From Octopus sinensis (taxonomy: Eukaryota): a DNA stretch of 64,000 bases. Shown in pieces: positions 53,906-64,000 of this stretch; positions within the stretch are counted from its first letter, which is position 1, and each line of letters opens with the position of its first letter. The stretch covers positions 34,410,001 through 34,474,000 of the forward strand of contig NC_043003.1 of assembly GCF_006345805.1 (NCBI RefSeq), given 5' to 3'. A model generated the notes under the pieces. The model saw nothing but the letters and a program-made list of their open reading frames with translations, ran no database searches and was not told where the DNA came from. The translations under genes and the position numbers were made by a program.

Positions 53906-54030
53906 ATTATATAAAAGGGCTTAGTAAAATAAATTACTTTGCCGCATACTGAACTCATTAGAAATAGCAGCTATTCTAATGAGTTCAGTATGCGGCAAGT
54001 AATTTATTTTACTAAGCCCTTTTATATAAT
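53906..54030. repeat. Long palindrome 2 (63/61-bp arms, 1-nt spacer)
   Basis: attatataaaagggcttag...agaaatagc-a-gctattcta...ctaagcccttttatataat. Differences are two homopolymer bases. Confidence 0.95.
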
Positions 54031-54058
54031 ATATATTATATTAATATATAATATATAT

Positions 54059-54108
<50 letters not shown>

Positions 54109-54109
54109 T

Positions 54110-54412
54110 ATCATCATCATCATCATCGTCATCTTCATCTTCATCGTTAACGTCCGCTTTCCATGCTAGCATGTGTTGGACCATTTGACTGAGGACTGGC
54201 GAACCAGATAGCTGCACCAGGCTCTAATCTTTATCTGGCAGAGTTTCTACAACTGGATGCCCTTCTAACGCCAACCACTCCGAGAGTGTAGTGGGTGCTT
54301 TTACGTGCTACCGGCACGAGTGCCAGTCAGGCAGTACTTGCAACGGGTACGCTCAAATGGTGTTTTTTACCGTGCCACCTGCACAGGAGCCAGTCCAGCA
54401 GCACTGCCAACG

Positions 54413-54413
<1 letters not shown>
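54110..54413 (-). mobile_element. 5'-truncated SINE/non-autonomous element with RTE-type 3' end and (GAT)n tail
   Basis: Reverse strand ends catgctagcatggaaagcggacgttaacgatga(aga/tga)n; contains ggagtggttggcgttagaagggcatccag. Confidence 0.75.
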
Positions 54414-54453
<40 letters not shown>

Positions 54454-54454
54454 G

Positions 54455-54486
<32 letters not shown>

Positions 54487-55569
54487 CACAGCTCTTTTTA
54501 TATAAAATTCCTACATGTATAAAGTCTTGTTTCTCTACCCTTTAAATTTGAATACAAGCAAGTTTTCAATCGATTCGTGGCCGATAAACTAAATACGAAC
54601 CATATATTTGGACTAATATAAGAAATAATTATTTTAAATGTCACCATAGATCGTAGAAGCGGTAGAGACTTAAATTAAGTATTTTGAAATATTTAGTATC
54701 CCCCATTATGTTTTGTCTCTCTTCAAATCCACTTGATTTTGCTAATACCTTCCATCTCTCAAGGGTCAGTCAGATAATTGCCAACCATAGAATATTTTTT
54801 GCTCAATCAACGATAAAAAAAACACCCATCAGAAATATTTGTTGTCTTTACAAGAACCAATCATTAACCATAAAGCAAGTGGATTATCAGTTAATTATTC
54901 CTTGACAAAATAATGTAAATAGTAAAACCCCTTAATGGTCTTGGGAAATGCACGAACGTCTCCATATTTCATTGTTCTACGCATTTTCTATGAAGCATTG
55001 CTCTTATTTCAAAAGAGGTCTACAACAAAATATATAGTTACGTCCTCTAAATGTTCCTTCTTTTTACTTTTCAATTCGTTAAAACTAACAGCTATTTTCA
55101 CTTCACATATATTACAGTAATTAATTATTTATAATTTATAATTTCATTACACACACAAACACACACGCATGTATATACATGTATGTGTGTGTATATGTAT
55201 GTATGTACGTGAATGCGTGTACACATACAAATACACACTTTATTTGCTTACACTGTATGTGTCTATCCCTCTTTTATTCCATTTTCATTCTTCTTGGCTT
55301 CCCCCATCTAATTTTGTCTGCCCTTTCAGTGTCTGTTTTCATTTCGCTACCCCCGCTCTTTCTTTTTCTTTCTTACTCACTCTTTCTCACTCCCTATCTA
55401 CCCATTTCTTGCTTTCGTTCGCTCTTTCTCTTATGCTTTCTCTGTCGTCTCATTTTAAGTCATAATTAATAGCTCTATTTCTCATATGAATACTCCTCCC
55501 ACTATCTCCGCTTTTGTTGCTCTATCGATTTATTTCCCCTTTCACCTTCTCCTCTATTCATCATAATAC

Positions 55570-56090
55570 GACGTCAATTAGTATCGACAGCACTCCATTC
55601 GGACTGGAGACGAAGATAACAGCTTGACAACACAGAGAAACTCGGTGAATTTTATCGACTGGTCATTAAACTTTCTGCTTTAAGTATTTACCAATTCACT
55701 GTCCCTATCATTCATTATCTCTATCCTCTCTTACACTCTTTCCACCCTTCTTTTTTTTTTTTCTTCCCCCTCAGTAGCAAGACCCAATGGCGACATAGCA
55801 ACTGCAAATAAACTTCTATGATCTATTCATGAAAAGACCCAAGATTATAAAAGTGAGATTATTTAGCAACCGGATATGACGTATAAACGCACTAAACATC
55901 GCAATTTTGTAAAAGAATTTCTTGCAAGCAAGACAAAAATTGTCAAGCTCGTTATACTCACGATTTAAGTTCACTGACAGAGAAAGAAGGAACAACAGAA
56001 ACGCTATATTCACAGTTAGTTTCGGTGACAAGCTGCCTACATCCGTTTTTAGCTGTACACCAAGGCAAGTCCGACAGGATGGGTAAACAA
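55570..56090. promoter_or_regulatory. Promoter-like motif cluster
   Basis: GACGTCA 55570; CCAAT 55784; X-box-like GGCGACATAGCAAC 55789-802; TAGCAAC 55864; CCGGATATGACGT 55870-82; TATAAA 55882; GTAAACAA 56083. Motif matches only. Confidence 0.3.
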
Positions 56091-56709
56091 CAAAGAAAAA
56101 GAAATGAGGAAAAAAAAAACAGAAGAAAAGAAGCCGAGAGAAAGAGAGAAGAAGAAACAACGAAAAGAAAGCAAACACACATGCTCGCGCGCACGCACGC
56201 ACGCACGCACACATCTACACAAACACGCGCACTTTGAGAATAAGCTACTTATTGTAGTTTTGTGTCTCAGTGATATTAAGTAAACAGATGGAACTTATTT
56301 CAGAGGTCAGGTTTCCTTTGTACTCACTTTATTATTCATTGTAACAAATCTAAGCATAAGCATCTTAGAAAAAAAAAAAAAAAAACAACAAAAAGCAAAA
56401 CAAAGACACATTTGCATACCTAATAATATCTAATACAGATTCGACACAATCGAAGTTTAATCGAAATCATGAGGAAAGCGAAATAACAGCGATTGTGATG
56501 ATGGTGATGATGGTGATGATAATGATCATGGTGGCATTGCTGTGTATATTTTCATACTTGTTGTCATTAGACAGCGGTTACGCTAGGACAAAACGTAGAA
56601 GGTTTCGGTCAATCAAGTCTACCCAAGTACATATTTTAAACTCGTATTCATTTTATCGGTATATTCTTCACGAGCTGTTTGGTTATGTTATAGGACTGTT
56701 ATAGGACTA

Positions 56710-56943
56710 TAAGGTGGCGAGATGGCAGAAACATTAGCACACCGGGCGAAATGCTTAGCAGTATTTCGTCTGCCGTTACGTTCTGAGTCCAAATTCCGCC
56801 GAGGTCGACTTTGCCTTTCATCCTTTCGGGGTCGATAAATTAAGTACCAGTTACGCACTGGGGTCGATATAATCGACTTAATCCGTTTGTCTGTCCTTGT
56901 TTGTCCCCTCTGTGTTTAGCCTCTTGTGGGTAGTAAAGAAATA
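56710..56943 (+). mobile_element. Full-length long-tail family A SINE with 17-bp TSD
   Basis: TSD gttatgttataggactg at 56682-56698 and 56944-56960, with an extra ttataggacta at the 5' junction. The core gaggtcgactttgcctttcatcctttcggggtcgataaattaagtaccag resembles the Meta/MESC domain. Confidence 0.95.
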
Positions 56944-57320
56944 GTTATGTTATAGGACTGCACACAAGCGAGTGAAAGAACCTGTTTAATCGAGAATGTA
57001 AAAAAGGAGAAAGCAAAGTCTTCAGTGTGAGTATGTGGTTTGTGGGGTCAACCGCGTCCTCACTTTATTTTTTCTTAATCACTCATTCTCATTTAAATGT
57101 ATATATTTTAATTGGTTATTTATTCATACGTTTCGTCTCATTCGATACCCTGACCCCAATGTTTGCTTTGTCTGTCCCCGTATTGTCCCCTCTTTTTCTC
57201 AACCTTATGTGAATAAAGAAATACTCTCTCTCTCTCTCTCTCAGCCACTCACTCACTCACTCACACGCTTACTCACATAATATATGCATACATACATACA
57301 TACATACATACATACATACA

Positions 57321-57356
<36 letters not shown>

Positions 57357-57439
57357 TACATACATATGCACGCGTCCATACATACGTATGCAGGTACGAA
57401 CAGACATACAAACATACATACAGATAACAGATATCTATG

Positions 57440-57595
57440 TTGGGATTCTACGCAGTTCTTCTAAATTTACTCACAAGTTTGTGAATGAATCTGACCGAGG
57501 GTTATTAGGAGACACTTACGCAAGATGCTATTGTGGTTCTGAATTCGAAGCCACGTGCTTGAGAAACCAACTTCTTAACCATGCGCTGGTACCAT
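57440..57595 (-). mobile_element. Decayed 5' half of family B SINE
   Basis: aaatttactcacaag...gagacacttacgcaagatgc...aaccaacttcttaacca. Confidence 0.55.
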
Positions 57596-58049
57596 TGCGC
57601 GTGCATGTGTGTTTTTGCGGGCTTGTGTGTGGGTGTTTGCGTGCATGTCTATCTTCGTTTGTGTGAATATGTTTGAGTGTGTGTGTGTGTGTGTGTGTTA
57701 TTCAAGGACATGGTTTAATAACATGTTAAGTAACTAAATTTAAAGTAAGACCAAAATGTCTATAAAGATATTCGGAATTGTGAAATGACTAGATTTTGAA
57801 CGGGATTTGATGATTTAGATTTTTGATTCTTTAATGAACAACGACGTGTTTCAATTTGCTTCGGAGCCCTTTTACATGTCATAGACGCGTCGTATTTAGA
57901 TTAACTACAAATAAATACTAAAGAGATATCAGATAGCATGTTTATTCACCTGACTCCAACAGGTACACCCAGAAGATAGAGTTGTTTAAATGAGTAAGCA
58001 TCTGCTGACTCTACGAAGAAGCCACAGTGTTTGCACAGTCCTCATTTTA

Positions 58050-58200
58050 GGACACCAGATTCTCGGACCTAGTCGATTCCATCGAGAATAATGTTCGTAT
58101 TGTTTACCTCCGAATGATGGAAGGTGAGATTTGAACTCAGAATGAGAAGCGGAGCTACCAAACACTTCCCTTTAGCTCTATCATTTCACTTCAGTCACTT
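58050..58200 (-). mobile_element. Decayed family A SINE
   Basis: ctagtcgattccatcgag...gatggaaggtgagatttgaactcagaat. Confidence 0.5.
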
Positions 58201-58359
58201 ACCCGCTATACACACGCGCGCGCGCGCCCATACACACACACACAAGAACACGCACGCGCGCATACAGACGGCCGCATCACAAATGGACATACAGCGATAG
58301 CTAGTCATCCACACATATGTACATACATTCATAAAATATTTAGAAATTCTATCCGTGGA

Positions 58360-58440
<81 letters not shown>

Positions 58441-58452
58441 CATGTGCGTGCG

Positions 58453-58516
<64 letters not shown>

Positions 58517-58921
58517 AAGACAGACATAGACATTTATATACATTTATGTGTGTAAGTGTGCATGTAATATGTAAGTATGTACGTGTAGACGCAGGCATAC
58601 ACAGACAATTACATCAGCGGAAAGAGACAGAGACAGAGATAAAGAGAGGTGGAAAAACATTAGACTTACACAATATATAAGAAGGGTGCTATAACAATAG
58701 AATGAGGGTGGAGGCAAAATAAGAATAGAGACAGAAATCCTGAGATTGTGAGAGAAAAATATTCGTTGACAACGGGTATTAGAACGGTACTGGGATAGCG
58801 GGGAGAGTCAACCAAAAAAAAAAAAAAAAAAAACCGAGGTGAGAAAGAGAGAAAGTTGGTTGGTGTTTAGAGTCTGGACAAGAAAGAGATAGTTATTCAG
58901 CCAAATATAAAGACTGACAGA

Positions 58922-58952
<31 letters not shown>

Positions 58953-59264
58953 GAGAAATGAGAATTAGATAAACAAATCTTACACTCTCACAAAGAAACA
59001 AATACGTAAATGAATAGAAAACAAAACAAAAAAAAAAGAGACTATTTCTGTGACAGTTTTTGACAAACAAGTCTTCGAGAGACCGGCTGAATATTAGTAA
59101 CAATGGCTTTTGTGATTTTGGTGAAAATTCACCTTTGAAAATGGTCTTGAACAGGAAAGTGGACTGTGCCGTGAGAAAATAGCCTGGCGTGCCCTATAAG
59201 TAAGACTCGAATATCAAAGTATTAGAATTTGTTTGTTTCTTGTTTGTTTGCATGTTTGTTTGTT

Positions 59265-59314
<50 letters not shown>

Positions 59315-59894
59315 TGTGTCTTTGTTAGCGTGTTATTGTATCTACATATATATATATATATATATATAATATATATATATATATATAATATATATATATG
59401 TATATATGTACATAAAACATAAATATAACTAACTATATAGAAAGATAGAAAGATAGATAGACAGATATTCACATAAATATAGACACATGTGCCTGTATCT
59501 ATATATGGCTATTGTGTGTGTGCGTGTGTATGTGTGTGTGTGTGTGTGTCTTTATGTGTGCATTTATACATGAATTTATGTTTATGTGAAATGATTTCAC
59601 AATTTGACAAGGAGAAATTTACATGTCTGAATCTACAACCAGTCGCCATCGTCATCACTACGACATTTCCCCTTCAGGATTAGCACATTTCTTACTCTCG
59701 TTCAACACCTCTTGAGACCAAAATATGTAGATTACAACTCATTATCAGAGAATGAGTTTGCAGTGGAACATAACAATCACATCTTTATTGAGGACTCAAG
59801 TGGCATATTTCATTCGAAGGAAGTTTTCATCCCTCTAAACTTATTATGGACGACTTCATTTTTATTCCTAATCGTTTGTTATTTTTTGTTTCCA

Positions 59895-60095
59895 TGGCAG
59901 CGAGCAGACAAAATTGATACAATATGGCAATAATACCTGGTGGTTATTGTTCCGACGCTTTACGTTCTGAACTCAAATCCCACTGAGGTCAATTTTGCAT
60001 TTCAATCCACCGGGGTGGATGAATTAATCTATCAGGTTATAGTGTACACCCGCAGTCCGCCCTTAAAGTTGCTGGCCTTTTCACTAAATTAGAGA
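59895..60095 (+). mobile_element. Decayed family A SINE
   Basis: ggcagcgagc...ctttacgttctgaactcaaatcccactgaggtcaattttgcatttc...gctggccttttcactaaattaga. Confidence 0.6.
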
Positions 60096-60139
60096 TTACA
60101 CACACACACCACACAACACACACACACACAAACACATCA

Positions 60140-60474
60140 TGTGTTGTGGAATAACGCTATTCAACAGGGTGCATAACTCGGTGATCAGGAGTTTCTCTAG
60201 ATCAAGCCCCCACTTCGCATCGAGATGTCACAGCTCCGGTGTTAGGACCGATTAGAATTTCGCAAGAAAAACGGATTATTCAGAACGGGCCAACCGGTTG
60301 GAGATCTAGGAATATACTCAGAATGAGATAGTTGGACATCCATAGTTTCAGTTAGTCACACTCACGAGTCCAGCCAGCAAGTGTAATGAGATGGAAATTG
60401 CGGGGTGATATGGATACCTGAGGGCGCTACCCTCACATTCTCTCACGAATAGTGGACAAAGACGATGGATAGAG
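60140..60474 (+). mobile_element. Old RTE-clade LINE 3' fragment
   Basis: With frame changes: CGITLFNRVHNSVIR / IKPPLRIEMSQLRC / GPTGWRSRNILRMR*LD, matching the RTE pattern ..DRVRN.DIR / LLRIERSQLRW / PTGRRPRGRPRMRWLD. Ends in a gatggatag tail. Confidence 0.6.
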
Positions 60475-60507
60475 ATATATATGTGAATGTGCGTGTGTAT
60501 GTGCGTG

Positions 60508-60538
<31 letters not shown>

Positions 60539-61026
60539 ATGTGTGTGTGTATGAAAATGTTTCACCGAATTTGATCCGGCTCTCTATGTTCAGTGTTTCA
60601 ATCCTGCCTGCGAAAACTTTACCTTTCATCCTTCAAAAGTTGACAAAATACACTCACACTGAAATCCATAGTTTTGATTAACTTCACCCATAAAAAGTTA
60701 TTAGCCTTGCGCCTAAATTAGAAACTGTTTTCTTTTTATCTGGTCGCTCAAATAAACTAAATGCGAAGTTGTAAACTTTCGTGTCATAATGTGCAGGTGT
60801 GCTACCTAACTCGCATGGTTAAGAAGTTGCTAATCACGTATTACTATGTTTCATTGTTTCTACTGTTGGGTTGTGAAAATACTTTGAAATTTTATAGACG
60901 GTAACTACAAAATTTCGTCAGACGAACACACACACACACACTTACAATCACATACATGTGTATAAATGTTTGTGTATATGCATATGTGCGTGTGTGTGTG
61001 TTTGTGTAACTTTACATATTAGCGTG

Positions 61027-61063
<37 letters not shown>

Positions 61064-61249
61064 CAGTACTCCGCAAATGTTTTTCACTTGCGGCTCACTT
61101 ATACTCTTTTCAAAATTCGGCGGCACACCTGAACTAAAAATATAGTTAAAAGTATAGGAAAAAAAATTATACTCAGGTTATAGTGCGGCACACATAGCAT
61201 CGTCTCGTAACACACCAATGAGCAGCAGCATACCGATTGCGGAACACTG
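61064..61249. mobile_element. hAT/Charlie-type MITE inserted in (TA)n
   Basis: 13-bp TIR CAGTACTCCGCAA / rc CAGTGTTCCGCAA. 8-bp flanks atatatag / atatatat. Internal repeated GCGGCACAC. Confidence 0.75.
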
Positions 61250-62724
61250 ATATATATATATATATATATATCAACATGCATACATATATACATACATACA
61301 TACACACACTCATACATACATATACAGTGAGAAATAAACACAATTTTGTTAAAATACAGCTAGTAATGGTATATAAATAATTCACATATATAGTATGGCA
61401 TGTGTTACTTGGTTTTCGTTTTGCAAGAAAACAATAGATGTGTTGTGTCGCGCAGATGATGCACGAGGATGTACATCGGCAACGATAAGATCTCAAGCTG
61501 TGACGAAAGAACTTTTACAAACAGTTCATTCATTTATCATCTATTTGCTTGTTTACTAATTACCCAATTGATTTATAATAAAACTGAAGCGAAATACATC
61601 TAATGCATTGTATTTAGCAAATGGCACTTCTAAAGTACATGTGTGTGATGGGGTGCATGTACTGCTTTACTTTTAAGAGTTGTACTTAGTTTCAGTACAG
61701 ACCGAAATTTGATTTAGGTGAAAGCTATTTCATCTGTTTGATGGTATGAGACCGGACAAAATCATTGCTCATTAAAGAGGTATTTTATGGAGTTATCGAC
61801 AAGTTTGCAAGCAGAATAGTACTGCTCCTCAGATTCATACTTTTAATAAATATATTGAAGTACCTCCACGTGCTCAATCGGTATTCTAGAGATAGCAGCA
61901 ATGTTTCTCTCAAATCATGCACCGTTGCTTCAAAAACGATACATTCTTATAAAAAGATTAGATGCTCAAGCTGGAATACTTTACATCGCATGTCAGCTTT
62001 GACATGGTGCGAAACAATAACAAAAACAACAGTATAGTAAGGCATTTTCGTATTCATTTATGAATGAAAGACAATAGGCTGTAAATTTAGAGACATATTT
62101 GTAAATGAATGAGACCGGGTTAAAATATTTTTTACGACAGAAACAATTGACAGCATTATTTTACTTCATTAGTTTTCCGGACATTAATTATTATATGAAA
62201 CGGTTGAGGTATATCTCCAAAATAACATAATGCCTGTTGGTGATATTATAAAATGTGAGATCACAAATATTCGTTGGTATTAAAATACTCACAACGGTTG
62301 GAGTTTTTTTTTTTTAAAGGTAACTAGAGATATATATTAAGTAAAAAAAAAAACTATAACTGAAAAAGAATAAAAGCGTTACGAAGATTATATAAATATA
62401 CAAACAAAAATCAATATCAAAAATAATTGGAATGGTTTGTGTTCCAGTAACTAGAAGGATATTTTATGAGATGTCGTAAAGTACGTCAAATGAAACACGA
62501 TCACCTGTTTATCATTAAAGAAAATACCACCATCACAAACATCATCATCATTATCGTCGTCATTATCATCATCAACAGCAATAGTATCAACAAAGAAAAT
62601 TCAACACGGTTGCACTTATCAATTTTGATTTACATCTTTGCAATAGTAAGCAAAGGAGACATCGTGGTGTGCATGCCTTTCTGGAAATAGTAGAAACCTA
62701 ACTCAAAGCGAAATATATATTGCT

Positions 62725-62905
62725 GTTTATCGCCAGGTTTAACTGATTGATTAGACTAATGATCAAAGTCTTTCAATCCCGTATTTTCTCTCCAGGTATT
62801 GTATATCTAGGACTATATCATCCAACGTGTCATTCCATTTTGTAGGACTCTAGGAAATGATTTGCGAGGGATTTAACTGCATGCTATTTCTAACAGGTTG
62901 AGTGA
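62725..62905 (-). mobile_element. Family Z copy
   Basis: gtttatcgccagg...aatgatcaaag...tatctaggactatatcatccaa...gctatttctaacaggttgagtga. Confidence 0.55.
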
Positions 62906-63118
62906 ACACGATAATGTACCTTTGTATTGGTTGGCGAAATATACGTTTAATTTCTTCATACTAGTTTATCATCAGAATGATCAAGCCAGAATAAACCATT
63001 CTAATTTTTTAGTCCATTATCAGCTGAAGATCAAAGACGTTCAAATCGCAATCAACAATTTTCTTTCCCTTTTCTTTCAAGAGTGAGAGGGGAATAGATA
63101 GAGATAGATAGAATATAT

Positions 63119-63158
<40 letters not shown>

Positions 63159-63464
63159 TATATATAGAAGATAGATAGATAGATAGATAGATATAGATAG
63201 AGATAGATAGATAGATAGATAGATAGAGATAGATAGAGATAGATAGATAGATAGATAGAGAGAGAGGGGGGTGTGCTCTTTCATATTAAGACAGAACGGT
63301 CTTATTTGTTTGCTGTTTTCTCTTAGGTCAAGAAACCACGTATACAGCCCATGAATAAACCATGTACTTCGTTAATAGAACCGTCTAGTATTAATCAATC
63401 GTCTTCACAATTTTTGGGACTTGTATTATCATTATTGTTGTTATTATTATTATTATTATTATTA

Positions 63465-63517
<53 letters not shown>

Positions 63518-63519
<2 letters not shown>

Positions 63520-63921
63520 TGTGGTTTCCTTTCATTATAACTTTATTTCAGCTACCTTAGGACCAGGCTCCTCCGACGGCCAAGAGTAGCAAGGGCACTT
63601 TTGTTTTGCTACGCATGCTAAAATTATCACCACATTTAGTTCATTTTAGATGGAGAGTGCATTCCGTAGTATATGGGCTGTACTCATCAAAGTTATCTTT
63701 TGTACTTCACGGATATTGGGGTTACCAGGGAATTGCATAATATACTTCTCAGCTCCCTTCTTTATCATTCTCAACGCACCAATTACTACTGGCATTATCG
63801 TTGTACTAGTTTTACACACTTTTGTGATTTCAATTTGCAGGTTTTATAGTGGGAAAGCTTTTCGTATTCCTTTCTTGAGACATTTTGATCTTGTGGGACA
63901 GGTATATCTATTAACAGATAA
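63518..63921 (-). mobile_element. 5'-truncated R4/Dong-type non-LTR retrotransposon (RLE C-terminus plus 3' UTR) within (TAA)n
   Basis: YLLIDIPVPQDQNVSRKEYEKLSHYK/LQIEITKVCKTSTTIMPVVIGALRMIKKG...EVQKITLMSTAHILRNALSI* (one frameshift near 63840, stop at 63646-48) is typical of restriction-like endonuclease C-termini. (TAA)n lies on both sides. Confidence 0.85.
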
Positions 63922-63980
<59 letters not shown>

Positions 63981-64000
63981 CATCATGGCGGTGTATTGGT

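Noticed and set aside
59623-59933. Two ORFs joinable by one base into about 100 aa
   Set aside because: It requires assuming an error, has no good donor, and its 3' end runs into a SINE head.

Overview
AT-rich animal DNA saturated with microsatellites and short retroposons. The SINE repertoire, recognised from memory and not by database search, points to a coleoid cephalopod, most likely Octopus. No host protein-coding gene, tRNA or rRNA gene, or CRISPR array can be supported, and nearly all ORFs in the track are translations of microsatellites. Supportable features are several tRNA-derived SINE families, 3' fragments of RTE-clade LINEs (one intact-looking and BovB-like, with a 10-bp TSD), a 5'-truncated R4/Dong-type element inside a (TAA)n tract, Penelope-like fragments (an RT motif and hammerhead-like motifs), two hAT/Charlie-type MITEs, two abutting long palindromes and a 100-N gap. 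The most interesting signal concerns one SINE subfamily ending in AAAGAAATA. It makes long TSDs (17 and 25 bp) at an apparent RNTAY site. At two loci it has entered a related SINE at the same position, leaving a roughly 60-80 bp duplication that shares locus-specific variants, which suggests homology-assisted SINE-into-SINE targeting. A few candidate exons and promoter-like motif clusters are reported at low confidence.
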